From positions 7,522 through 71,521 of IMG/VR virus record IMGVR_UViG_3300028394_000070: a DNA stretch of 64,000 nt; one strand, given 5' to 3'. The DNA comes from a virus. The notes below the pieces were generated by a model. It saw only the letters and a program-made list of their open reading frames with translations, ran no database searches and had not been told where the DNA came from. The first letter of the stretch is position 1, and every line of letters starts with the position of its first letter. Made by a program: the position numbers and the translations under genes. Below, piece by piece: positions 54,101-62,514 of the stretch.

Positions 54101-55947
54101 CCAGTATAGTAATAGATATTTATTGGGTCTTGATGACCTCCAAATCCAAATCCATTACTTGCCCCTGTTACTTGAACTGGCCTTGTTATTACTTTCTTTT
54201 TAAGTGAATATTTTATTTTGTCTATTAATATTTTGACATCGTATTTTATTGTCTTCAGGTTCGATAAGTAATACCTGTTATCTATAATCAGATTATTCTT
54301 AGCTGTTGAATAGTTCTCTGTTTGTACACCCAATTCATCCTGATTAAATAGTCTAGGGTTCTCTCTTCCACTATGACTTATGTCTAGTGTAGTATTAGTT
54401 CCATCTACTAGATATTCACCTATGATTCCATATATAGACGAATCAATACCTATCGTATTTACTATAATACAGGCAACCTCTATGCTTTTGTATAGGCTAC
54501 TGTTAATGTTAGTAATCCTTATGTTATTTGTCTTTCCTGACTGATCTCCTGCTGCATTACCCTTTATCTTATACGCAGGTGGTTGACTCTCTGTATAGAC
54601 AGAAACAAACCTAGATGGTAATGACCAGTCTGTGTACGAGTTGTCACTTAGCACACCCCTTACGAAATAGACGTGGTTCCCTACTGATAACGTACCACCT
54701 ATAGTTTGAGACACTAGCTCTATGTTAAACAATCCCTGACCTAGTATATGTCTTACTTGGTTAGATATGTTTGCATATGAATATGTTCCAATGTTAGGGT
54801 GTAGTATCTTAATAGCTCCGTCTTCAACGTATTCTTCATCTAAAAGGTAGTTAAACAACCTAGGTTCGTTATAGTTATCTGTAAAATATATAGTATTGTC
54901 ATACGATGACTTCTCTCCCTGTACGTCGCACTGATGGTATGTGAATAAATTTAATTGCTTAGAACGAAGCAATCTAGTGTACTTCCAAGTATTGGACGAG
55001 ATGTCTTTTTGTGCGACACCTATTTCTCCCATACCAAACTTATTAAATGTCATTGTGCCTGTACCTTGGACATATGTCTGACCTAATACAGCGAATGAAT
55101 TAAATAATATAAATATTGTTTCGCCTGTTTGAGGAATTTGCGCTACAGTTATAATGAATACTCCATTCGCTTCTGGAATACCTTCTACTCCTGTTATGTA
55201 TACCTCCGAACCATCTACAACTACTTCGTTTATAATATTTGGATAAACGACTAATGTAGAGACACCTGCAACATTTAATACATCGATGTATAGTATTTCA
55301 ATATCAAAAGGCTTATCCCGTTTACATGATGAAATAATAAAAAGGTCTCCTAGTAAATCTTTACTACCAATAACCTCTAGCTTTCCTGTCCTAGATGGGC
55401 TTATAGACTCCTGTATAACATCTACTAGTAGACTATTTGCACCTGTTGATATTATGAAGTAGTCATATAAACGAAGGAATGGACTATAAGACGCAGGGGT
55501 AATTAGTAGTGTATTAGTTCCTATTAATGAAGGGTAAACACTAGAAGCAGGGACAACATCTACAAAATAGCTAGCATTTGCGAATGCATCTCGTATTGCT
55601 GTTGCAGCTTGTGTCCCAGGTGCTATATTTGGATCTCCGAAATATAGAGGTACATCTATTGCTGGAAATAATGGATTGATTTGGTCAGCTCTATTTACTT
55701 GTAATATATATCCACCATCAGGTTCTATCTCAGGAAATGTTATTACATACCTCTTATCTTGCTCTAGTACCTCTCCTAGTTCAAACGCATATTCATTTCC
55801 CATACGTGGGGTAACAGCAACCGACTCACCCGTAACAGAACTGACATGATCAATATTCTTTGCATCAGGGTAGTCACCGTTACGCAAGTCCTGTACATGG
55901 GTGTCTGTATTGAGTCCACCGAATGATCTTATCTGAACATTAGCCAT
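51118..55947 (-). CDS. tail stabilisation/nozzle protein (crAss-like)
   Basis: FGGLNTD..Y.DA.NI N-terminus, IYFTDNYNEPR, ETYRIGVRF, YWYD beta-propeller C-terminus. Confidence 0.8.
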   Translation of the reverse strand: MANVQIRSFGGLNTDTHVQDLRNGDYPDAKNIDHVSSVTGESVAVTPRMGNEYAFELGEVLEQDKRYVITFPEIEPDGGYILQVNRADQINPLFPAIDVPLYFGDPNIAPGTQAATAIRDAFANASYFVDVVPASSVYPSLIGTNTLLITPASYSPFLRLYDYFIISTGANSLLVDVIQESISPSRTGKLEVIGSKDLLGDLFIISSCKRDKPFDIEILYIDVLNVAGVSTLVVYPNIINEVVVDGSEVYITGVEGIPEANGVFIITVAQIPQTGETIFILFNSFAVLGQTYVQGTGTMTFNKFGMGEIGVAQKDISSNTWKYTRLLRSKQLNLFTYHQCDVQGEKSSYDNTIYFTDNYNEPRLFNYLLDEEYVEDGAIKILHPNIGTYSYANISNQVRHILGQGLFNIELVSQTIGGTLSVGNHVYFVRGVLSDNSYTDWSLPSRFVSVYTESQPPAYKIKGNAAGDQSGKTNNIRITNINSSLYKSIEVACIIVNTIGIDSSIYGIIGEYLVDGTNTTLDISHSGRENPRLFNQDELGVQTENYSTAKNNLIIDNRYYLSNLKTIKYDVKILIDKIKYSLKKKVITRPVQVTGASNGFGFGGHQDPINIYYYTGYMINETYRIGVRFTFKNGDITPVYKISDITIDTNQSSSDNKRTSGLTDYDLVSPGTGPGGTDENLVPYIELDFSNVYNTLINEYLANDIIDKIEIFRVELNEANETITGCGIAVQQIDANIGFGLYEVQISPTLGSFVYEKIPNNITTNNEGYIADYPFISNNNNDIQNGSPQNYFSIYLAESMVNIVDGVPYNKDIGAGDTIINYGQGVIGKGYVITNNVKEDVNITDSKLIPQLGSALFVQGTGANTFNSISYKNWGWAGFTQSALPTVLNVSNLHSMGGYDVTYGGIGGSNYTFTYNNQFVASYFVPFGGISNITFFSYFNTDAASSGVGITVEGNGNDAVIFKLTPGSWVSGAFLTINGSGNVGTFPPPGSAQPVIFSTDIFQSPASYVVQVPSPGGGLPRLDPFKVNPTDKDHGFRIVQIKKKPSTTQQYSDSGLDNYVYTGAYIYQNNVTKIDVFGGDTFTVNPYFKHITRIKAINNPGTYPTAAQTINLTLQSKVNNYLIDDSDGSKIYPYSYGPNNFGAWENTEITLDSNPYNNGYSLNNLQVGYRSGEINNKTKTLNTRIIYSDNKPQGSITNNYRRFGPFSLRDLDPSFGPIEDMKVVNGELFTLQTKKFQKQFVNTRGTLSVSDGSQVVLGDAGVLSRPGLTITSYGCSDKWSSFLGKSAGGDDTLYWYDSINKKFMRFGADGAVPISDRTNIRTLANDGFKWVVNYQTPADNYGIHGIWNQRINEASWTCRAYRKPDVIWEPLTAIAEGKLVITYDTTNTYGFEQFPILYLCIQSSEFNNALNPGVDPGWEEYYTPIPFDDIEYYSLRTIVWSEVKNRFIISEETPHPRIYLQYKDTFLSPSPSSNSNQIYEHNEGKYLEWYMSSSGGQIEDGYIDIVFNIDPNTTKHFISLICNTEIAPYKVEAFTKNHTTLINPVEFLEQLDQYVAPIPNNLDNGSTGNDNTFLYGQWIKVRFHYQSGVFQRLTNMILKFNPMARLWNS

Positions 55948-56633
55948 TAGATTGAGAAATTATGGTTGCTTATAATTGCGCTCACGATAGAGCCGATCTG
56001 TTGTCTTTTATTTCTGAAGTCACGTTGCACTGACTCACCGATAAGATATCGTCTCTGAGCAGTCCATTCGGCCATGTATTCAGCACGGACATCACGTGGG
56101 TATAGGTCATAGAATATCCTAGTGAAGTTCCAGCATAGATATGAACGCACAGCACGTTCCTGCTGCTCATACATTACCATCATACAGTCCTCGTCTAGGT
56201 TACGTCCGTAGTACGACATCACAGCCTGCGTAGCATTGATATCAGTATTAAATACCCAGTACCCGTCAGACAACTGTCCTGTAGCCTGTAGGTCAGAATA
56301 GTTTCTAAACTGAGTATCCTCGCAGTCGCACTGACGCAAGAAGTCCTGGTTAAAGTACAACACATTGCCTGCAACACCGTCTGTCTGCGTTCCAACTAGT
56401 CGGATTGCTATTGGACGGATAAACCCTTCAGGAAGTTCAAACTTATAGTCTTCGATATCAAAGCATCGAGTCATCTTAACGAATCCATCTAGCGTCCCTA
56501 TCTGGCTTATACACTCATCTGCTAGTCTATATAGCATCAAGTCATGCTCCGTAGTGGTAGCAATCCTTAAATTCTGTTTTGCCGATGCTATAACAGCCTT
56601 CAGGCTAACTGGTGTTAAGACTCCTCTTTTCAT
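55947..56633 (-). CDS. tail ring/adaptor protein
   Basis: size and position; ELPEGF. Confidence 0.65.
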   Translation of the reverse strand: MKRGVLTPVSLKAVIASAKQNLRIATTTEHDLMLYRLADECISQIGTLDGFVKMTRCFDIEDYKFELPEGFIRPIAIRLVGTQTDGVAGNVLYFNQDFLRQCDCEDTQFRNYSDLQATGQLSDGYWVFNTDINATQAVMSYYGRNLDEDCMMVMYEQQERAVRSYLCWNFTRIFYDLYPRDVRAEYMAEWTAQRRYLIGESVQRDFRNKRQQIGSIVSAIISNHNFSI

Positions 56634-57262
56634 CGCTTATTCTTAGGATCTGTAGTTGTTGCTAGTAATTGCTTGATATCCACCTGTAACATGTAGTCCT
56701 TAGCCATTGAGAATATATCCTGTGTGATAGGATAGTCGTCAATCTCCTCGTTGTATTCAGGAACCTTTGTAGGATCCACAAACACAGCACTAACCATGAT
56801 ACGTTTAGGCAGGTTACCTGGGGTCTTATTAATCTGTATTAGACTAAATTCAGGCACATACACGCATACAGGTTCTCTGTTTGCGATACTAGCCATGATA
56901 GGATGCTGCATGCTGTTAGCGTAGTCAGACTGGTCGTGTGACCTTATATAAGGTGTAGTCCCATTCATACCTCCGATATATCCAATACTATCCTTACTAG
57001 CATCTAGCTGGATGATTGGCGATGGAAGGTTGAATACGGTGAAGCATTCATCATACTGTGCATCCTTTCTAAATATTGGATATGTAGTCTGGAACAACTG
57101 TGCAGGGATTGTCTTCTTCTGTGTGATATATGCAACAATAGTCTTCTCTCTTGCTATTTCTAACAAGCCTCCAACTAATCGAATACTAGAATGCATCTCA
57201 TCGAACATATCCCCTCCAACAAGGTCCGACATGAGGATGTCAATATATTGTTTACGTGTCAT
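56630..57262 (-). CDS. tail ring protein
   Basis: AVFVDP...DDYPI motif. Confidence 0.65.
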   Translation of the reverse strand: MTRKQYIDILMSDLVGGDMFDEMHSSIRLVGGLLEIAREKTIVAYITQKKTIPAQLFQTTYPIFRKDAQYDECFTVFNLPSPIIQLDASKDSIGYIGGMNGTTPYIRSHDQSDYANSMQHPIMASIANREPVCVYVPEFSLIQINKTPGNLPKRIMVSAVFVDPTKVPEYNEEIDDYPITQDIFSMAKDYMLQVDIKQLLATTTDPKNKR

Positions 57263-58125
57263 GGATTAATCTGTATGTCTTGTTGTACAACCTGAGCTGC
57301 TGTGTAGTCTTTAAATGATAGATCGAAGCTTCTAGCAGCAAAGTTTATTACATTGTAGATGAACTTTTCAGGGTATGTTAGTAAATAGTCTATTTGATTA
57401 TCTGCTAGGTCAAAGTATACCACATTAGATAAAACAAAGTTCATAGTTACCTCAACAGGATATCCCTCTGTATCATTACTAGGATAAAACTTAGCGAATT
57501 GTTCAGAATATTCATACAATGGAAATGCAACCGTAGCCCTCTTCCATGAGTTGATCTTCTCGTCTGCCTTAACCATCTGGCAGTAGTTGTAGTATACTCT
57601 TTGGAATAATACATTAAACGACTGTACATATGTACCAGACCCTGCTACAGGATTTGCTGTACCAGGAGTTGAATATAATGCGAACTTAAATTTATTCAAT
57701 GGAAGTACATAAAACTCTCCATTAGCTGCTACATTACCTTGGATACCTGATATCTTAATGATATCACCACGTCTTATGTTTGTAGCATTAAACGTCTCGA
57801 TTACTATTGGTGTGCTATTACTAGCACCCACCACAACCATATCCTCTATCTGCTTAAGGTATTTAGCCTTAGCAGAGAGGATGTGGTTTATAGAATTGGT
57901 AGTTAGTGAAACTATATTTACGGACGGTGTGAATGGAACTTCAGTCCTGATAAACGTAGCAAGCTCCTCGTACTGCTGATCGCTGCTATACTTGCCATAT
58001 TTATCTTCAATGGCATCAATCAATGCCCTTTGAAACCGTCTGTTCTTCTTAGCAATGTCCTCGATACCAGAATATGTCTGACCGATTTGCTGCTCGAATA
58101 GCCTGTTTATTTCTTGACCTGTCAT
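57259..58125 (-). CDS. tail ring protein with inserted small beta domain
   Basis: SNSTPIVI..GDIIKISGIQGN.AANGEF insertion. Confidence 0.65.
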   Translation of the reverse strand: MTGQEINRLFEQQIGQTYSGIEDIAKKNRRFQRALIDAIEDKYGKYSSDQQYEELATFIRTEVPFTPSVNIVSLTTNSINHILSAKAKYLKQIEDMVVVGASNSTPIVIETFNATNIRRGDIIKISGIQGNVAANGEFYVLPLNKFKFALYSTPGTANPVAGSGTYVQSFNVLFQRVYYNYCQMVKADEKINSWKRATVAFPLYEYSEQFAKFYPSNDTEGYPVEVTMNFVLSNVVYFDLADNQIDYLLTYPEKFIYNVINFAARSFDLSFKDYTAAQVVQQDIQINP

Positions 58126-58129
58126 ACAG

Positions 58130-58137
58130 CAAATGTA
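58130..58137 (-). promoter_or_regulatory. -7 element TACATTTG, leaderless geometry
   Basis: 4 nt before ATG 58125. Confidence 0.6.
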
Positions 58138-58156
58138 ATCAAAAGAGCGTCAAATA

Positions 58157-58180
58157 CAAAAGGGTACTTTCGTACCCTTT
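58157..58180 (-). terminator. intrinsic terminator
   Basis: AAAGGGTAC-GAAA-GTACCCTTTT on minus strand. Confidence 0.7.
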
Positions 58181-58227
58181 CGATGTTACATGATTCGCAT
58201 ATAACCCACTAACCCCCGTTAGTATCT

Positions 58228-58389
58228 TTATTTCTTCTTCTTTGCCTTCATAGCCACTTTTTTCTTAGCAGCGGTTTTTCCGTACTCCTTCATCATTTCT
58301 TTCATTGACTCACCTTTTTCATGCTTCATCATTGCAGCTTTGCTAGAGTACATTTCTCCTGTCTTTTTTTCCTTGATCATTTTTTTCAT
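58228..58389 (-). CDS. 53-aa Lys/Met-rich protein (not in ORF track)
   Basis: MKKMIKEKKTGEMYSSKAAMMKHEKGES...KKKK. Confidence 0.7.
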   Translation of the reverse strand: MKKMIKEKKTGEMYSSKAAMMKHEKGESMKEMMKEYGKTAAKKKVAMKAKKKK

Positions 58390-58394
58390 GGCTT

Positions 58395-58661
58395 TTATTT
58401 TTTCGTGGTTTTTTTATTGGCTCCGTTTCTTGCACGGTTTTTACTTTGCTTTTCTTTAGTAATGGTTCCATCTTTTTTATGGGACGCATCGTATCCGTCA
58501 CCGTTACCGTAGGTTCCTGCTTTTCGATTGGCTTTGTTAAGCTCGGCTCGATACTTTTTCCGTACAGTAGTTTTCTGATACTGTTTATCGTATTCGTAAT
58601 CACGTCCTGTATCTTCATTGTATCGTCCTTTACCTTTACCTGCAAGAGTATTTCTTGGCAT
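58395..58661 (-). CDS. basic protein with degenerate HNH-like motif
   Basis: RDY..R...N.A.R..GDG.DASH....S.NRARN. Confidence 0.65.
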   Translation of the reverse strand: MPRNTLAGKGKGRYNEDTGRDYEYDKQYQKTTVRKKYRAELNKANRKAGTYGNGDGYDASHKKDGTITKEKQSKNRARNGANKKTTKK

Positions 58662-58663
58662 TT

Positions 58664-59071
58664 TTATTTAGATTTTTTTTCAGCTCTACGCATTGATCTA
58701 GCAGTCGGCTTCTTTACACGATCCATCTTTCCTGTTTCAGGATTAGAAACGTATTCACCTGTACCTCGGATGTTCTTAAGAGCAGTAACTCCCTTTTTAA
58801 CACCACCAACCACAGCCTGGCCTGTCTTCTTCATTAATCGTCTACCACCTGGAGTATTCAACAAAGCAGTTGCTGTACCTAAAGCTGTCGCTCCAACTGC
58901 TGTACGCATCTGACGACGGTTTCTTTTGTCCATGAAGTCATCGTTAGCTTGCTGCTCTGCATTCGTTGTTGGATTTTTGTACGGCTTCTTTGTGAAGATA
59001 TTCATCTTAGCACCTTTGGTAGTTCCTTTTGGTTTTTTAGGATCTCCGTCTTTTGGTTTTGTAATTGCCAT
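58664..59071 (-). CDS. Lys-rich protein with hydrophobic segment
   Basis: AVGATALGTATALL. Confidence 0.7.
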   Translation of the reverse strand: MAITKPKDGDPKKPKGTTKGAKMNIFTKKPYKNPTTNAEQQANDDFMDKRNRRQMRTAVGATALGTATALLNTPGGRRLMKKTGQAVVGGVKKGVTALKNIRGTGEYVSNPETGKMDRVKKPTARSMRRAEKKSK

Positions 59072-59076
59072 GATAT

Positions 59077-59451
59077 TTATTTTTTTCTTTTTAGTTTATT
59101 GTCAATTTTATAAATCAAATTTGAGCTTCTTGACTTTTCATTCATCAATTGATCATTACTAGTAGTCTGTGTTCTAGGCAAGATACCTTTTTTTCTAGTT
59201 CTCTTTTCAGTCAACACATCTCCTTTATCAACTCCTTTGTATATAGTTGTAGTTTCTTTTTTACCAAACACATTTTTAATGCCTGGTTTTTTAACTACTG
59301 TTTTTGACATTGAGGAACCATCAGGATTCTGTACGAACTTTCCTTTTACAACTCGACCTTTTTCATCTGTACTACGTGACTTAGTAATAAGTTTTTTGCC
59401 GAATAGTGACTTACGTGTTTTTGGGAGTTTATCCTTTGTAGTAGTTGCCAT
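59077..59451 (-). CDS. Lys-rich protein
   Basis: (L/V)FGKK repeats. Confidence 0.7.
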   Translation of the reverse strand: MATTTKDKLPKTRKSLFGKKLITKSRSTDEKGRVVKGKFVQNPDGSSMSKTVVKKPGIKNVFGKKETTTIYKGVDKGDVLTEKRTRKKGILPRTQTTSNDQLMNEKSRSSNLIYKIDNKLKRKK

Positions 59452-59463
59452 AATTATTTTTGA

Positions 59464-60030
59464 TTATCTGGTTACTTTTTTTAAAGGAAAGCTAGCTACT
59501 CCAATTGTTCCAGCCATTACTCGTTGCCTTTTTTCTCTTCTTTCTTGATTTTTGGTTTCCATATCTCGTCGTTGAGAATCTCGCATAGAATTAGAACTAC
59601 TAATATCTATTTTAGCGTTCAATTTAGGAGCTTTTTTCATAGGATCCCCTTTGGTGCTTTCAACGAATTTAGTTTCTCTCTTAACGGTTCTTTTGCCAAA
59701 TATTCCAGGTGCTTTACTTATTGTTTTGCTTTTAACATTCATTCCGTAAGCAGAGCCGTTTTCACTTAACATTTCAACAGGGTTTGCTTTTTTTATTGTT
59801 TTTGTTTTACCACCAAACATTCCCTTTTCTTTCCTTACGTTTACGCTAGTTACTCTACCTTCTTCACCTCTAGTCTTTAGTTTCATTCTTAACGTAGATC
59901 CATCACTTCCTTCACCTCTTTTTTTATATGTTTTCCCTCCACTTGAGTTTTTTTTCACCTTAAGTGAATTGTCACCTTGGATCAAAGTCTTTATTTTTTT
60001 TAAAATAGGACGTGGTTTTTTAGCTTCCAT
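59464..60030 (-). CDS. Lys-rich protein
   Basis: GMFGGK / GIFGKR repeats. Confidence 0.7.
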   Translation of the reverse strand: MEAKKPRPILKKIKTLIQGDNSLKVKKNSSGGKTYKKRGEGSDGSTLRMKLKTRGEEGRVTSVNVRKEKGMFGGKTKTIKKANPVEMLSENGSAYGMNVKSKTISKAPGIFGKRTVKRETKFVESTKGDPMKKAPKLNAKIDISSSNSMRDSQRRDMETKNQERREKRQRVMAGTIGVASFPLKKVTR

Positions 60031-60032
60031 GA

Positions 60033-60185
60033 TTATTTCTTTTTAACAGTTTTTTGTGCGTCTTTAAAATTTTTATCAGTAGGTCGGCCTTTGCCACCAG
60101 GCCCAGTCATCTTCTCGCCAGAACCTGCTTTGATGCGTTCTCGCTTTGCATGGATGTTAGCGTATAGTCCTTTCTTGGTTGGCAT
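60033..60185 (-). CDS. 50-aa basic protein (not in ORF track)
   Basis: MPTKKGLYANIHAKRERIKAGSGEKM... Confidence 0.75.
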   Translation of the reverse strand: MPTKKGLYANIHAKRERIKAGSGEKMTGPGGKGRPTDKNFKDAQKTVKKK

Positions 60186-60191
60186 AACTTA

Positions 60192-60368
60192 TTATTTTGC
60201 TTTACCCTTTACATGACCCAACATAGGATTCTTTCTCTTCGCTTCTGGAGATGCCTTTCTAGCAGATGTTGCTAGTATAGCTCCTGCTGCTTTCTTAGAA
60301 ATACCTTGCTTCTTAGCAATCTTATTCTGTACTGCTTTAAATCCTGGATGTTTTTTAGTAGTACCCAT
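60192..60368 (-). CDS. 58-aa basic protein (not in ORF track)
   Basis: MGTTKKHPGFKAVQNKIAKKQGISKKAAGAILA... Confidence 0.75.
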   Translation of the reverse strand: MGTTKKHPGFKAVQNKIAKKQGISKKAAGAILATSARKASPEAKRKNPMLGHVKGKAK

Positions 60369-60370
60369 AT

Positions 60371-60601
60371 TTATCTTCTGCCTCCAGGCATTGCTTTAGC
60401 ACCCCTACAGCTTTTATTTGATAAACCGCTTTTATTTGTATTACTACTACTCTTCTTTTTCTTTCTCTTGCGTTTCTCAATCTCCATAAGATCATTAGGA
60501 GCCGACATAGCTGACTTGCTTGATACTCTTGCCATCGCTGCCTTAGGAGACATTAGATCCTTTGTTCCTGCGTTCGCTCTTGGATTGTTTATGATCGCCA
60601 T
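60371..60601 (-). CDS. 76-aa basic protein (start MAIINN)
   Basis: KRKRKKKK; start reassigned downstream of the promoter. Confidence 0.65.
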   Translation of the reverse strand: MAIINNPRANAGTKDLMSPKAAMARVSSKSAMSAPNDLMEIEKRKRKKKKSSSNTNKSGLSNKSCRGAKAMPGGRR

Positions 60602-60618
60602 AATATAGAAATATGAAA

Positions 60619-60626
60619 CAAATATA
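60619..60626 (-). promoter_or_regulatory. -7 element TATATTTG
   Basis: consensus match immediately after a terminator. Confidence 0.6.
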
Positions 60627-60627
60627 T

Positions 60628-60652
60628 AAAAAAAAGCCACCGATTTGGTGGC
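60628..60652 (-). terminator. intrinsic terminator
   Basis: GCCACC-AAATC-GGTGGC followed by T8. Confidence 0.85.
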
Positions 60653-60663
60653 ATTATATTTTA

Positions 60664-61611
60664 TTATGCTGTTATTGTTTTCTTTGCAGGTTTGTGTTGT
60701 CTTTGGTCATCTTCTAGTGCCGAAGAGATAAGATCAACCTCTGTCTTGTTGATAGGAGACACCTCCTTAATCGATCCAGATGAGTCAAACTTTCCAGGGA
60801 AATGCATCTCAACACGCTCGATGTATTCTGCTAGATCGTAGTCACTAGAGTCGATATCTTTGATAACCTGACGTAGTGTTGTTCTATCCGCTGTCAGAGC
60901 AGCTGTAACCTCGTCAATTGTACGTCCGATAGGATTGTTGTCAAACTTGTACGTTTCGTTGTCACGCTTGATGATACCTAGCGCAGATGCCTTCTCAGCT
61001 ACCGTACGTGGGTCATCCTTATGGAACGTAGACTTCCATTTGTAGAACTCGTCACAGTTTTCCATTGTGCTGATGATAACACCAGTCTTAGTTCCTACTA
61101 GTTCTGCTGCTAGTTCATGTGGACCCTTCTTGGTTGGATTGATACCGAAACGGAACGCACATTCTCTCCATGCATATGGTGACATGTTTAAGAACGTATT
61201 CATAACATCAAGACGCTTAAGTAGGTCGTTGTATGAGTTTTCGATTGTCTGTTGTTGTAACTCAGCGATCCATAGTGTCTTTCCTGTATAGTTCGCATTC
61301 TGCTTACCGCTAGATGCAAATACATTAGGATGGTTTAAGATAAACTGTGCCTCTATATAGTCAGACGATGTCTTCTCATCTGTGTCATATGAAATCTTAT
61401 AACGAAGATTTGTTGCATCAAAGCTTATCTTCTTTTCTTCTCTCTGTTGGTTTGGGTCACGACCGATCGCTAGTGATCCTTCGTACACAGTTCCATTTAC
61501 TAGGAAGTTTACCTGCTTGCGCTTTGCGCTATCGTAGTAAGAATATTGGAACATACGAAGTCCTGATCCTGCCAATCCTGAGGGCATTAATACTAGTGTT
61601 TCTCTTGCCAT
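60664..61611 (-). CDS. capsid-module protein (start MARETL)
   Basis: own promoter element at 61630-61637; position downstream of capsid genes. Confidence 0.7.
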   Translation of the reverse strand: MARETLVLMPSGLAGSGLRMFQYSYYDSAKRKQVNFLVNGTVYEGSLAIGRDPNQQREEKKISFDATNLRYKISYDTDEKTSSDYIEAQFILNHPNVFASSGKQNANYTGKTLWIAELQQQTIENSYNDLLKRLDVMNTFLNMSPYAWRECAFRFGINPTKKGPHELAAELVGTKTGVIISTMENCDEFYKWKSTFHKDDPRTVAEKASALGIIKRDNETYKFDNNPIGRTIDEVTAALTADRTTLRQVIKDIDSSDYDLAEYIERVEMHFPGKFDSSGSIKEVSPINKTEVDLISSALEDDQRQHKPAKKTITA

Positions 61612-61667
61612 TGCTTTTAGTTTAAAGAACAAATATATAAAAATTTTTATTATTTATTACTAGAAAC

Positions 61668-61693
61668 AAAAAGGGCTGGAATAAATCCAGCCC
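61668..61693 (-). terminator. intrinsic terminator after capsid genes
   Basis: GGGCTGGA-TTTAT-TCCAGCCC followed by T5. Confidence 0.85.
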
Positions 61694-61714
61694 CCTGTAT
61701 GGTTTTAATTACAA

Positions 61715-62482
61715 TTATGCTGATGGAACAGATACAGCAGCACCTGCTGGACCTACCGCAATAATTGTAGTTAACTTAGATCCGATTGCAGTTGTAAATG
61801 CAGCAGCATTTGCAGACGCTGAATCATAGTATACATATACCAATGACTCTTGATTTCTTGCGATAGTATTTCCAGAATTAACTGGGTTGCTATAAGAAAA
61901 CAATGCCAAGTTATATACAGTAGCAGCAACAGGCTGTACATTGATACCTGTGATACCAGCAGCGATTAGTTCAGAACCTAACCCAAATGCTTCATTTCCA
62001 GCAACTGTAGTAGCGACAGTAATTGTCCCTTCTAGTGGAGATGTTACAAATAATGGATTAGCAGCTGAACCAACAATTGTAATTACTGCACCTGAGTTTG
62101 TAGCTGTCGCTAATTGGATGCTTCCTGATCCGATTAATCTTGTCAAAACTCTTGCTAATGCAGCAGCAACTGTAGTTGTTGTGTCAGTACTTACCGTTGA
62201 GTAAGAAGCATAAACAGTTGTCCACTGGCTTCCTAACAATTGTGTTACTTGTAACGAGTACGCAGTACCAGGAGTTGCTGGAGTTCCTCCAATTGTTGCT
62301 GTTTGTTGACGGGCTGTGTGTGTTGTTCCTGATTTTAGTCCAATGCTGTTAATTAGATTAACACGCATTTCTGGTGTTACATTTGTTGTAGCACCGATGG
62401 TAGCAAGACCTTCAGCAACAACAATATCACCTGCACCTGCAACAGTGTTCAAGAATAAATATAATGGTTGAATAGCACTCAT
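61715..62482 (-). CDS. auxiliary capsid/decoration protein
   Basis: A/T/G-rich; directly after the MCP and before a terminator. Confidence 0.65.
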   Translation of the reverse strand: MSAIQPLYLFLNTVAGAGDIVVAEGLATIGATTNVTPEMRVNLINSIGLKSGTTHTARQQTATIGGTPATPGTAYSLQVTQLLGSQWTTVYASYSTVSTDTTTTVAAALARVLTRLIGSGSIQLATATNSGAVITIVGSAANPLFVTSPLEGTITVATTVAGNEAFGLGSELIAAGITGINVQPVAATVYNLALFSYSNPVNSGNTIARNQESLVYVYYDSASANAAAFTTAIGSKLTTIIAVGPAGAAVSVPSA

Positions 62483-62514
62483 TTTATATAGTTTTTAAAA
62501 AGTTAAACAATAAA

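Noticed and set aside
58343-58645. Alternative-frame 100-aa ORF overlapping 58395..58661
   Set aside because: The other frame has a recognisable motif and fits operon spacing.
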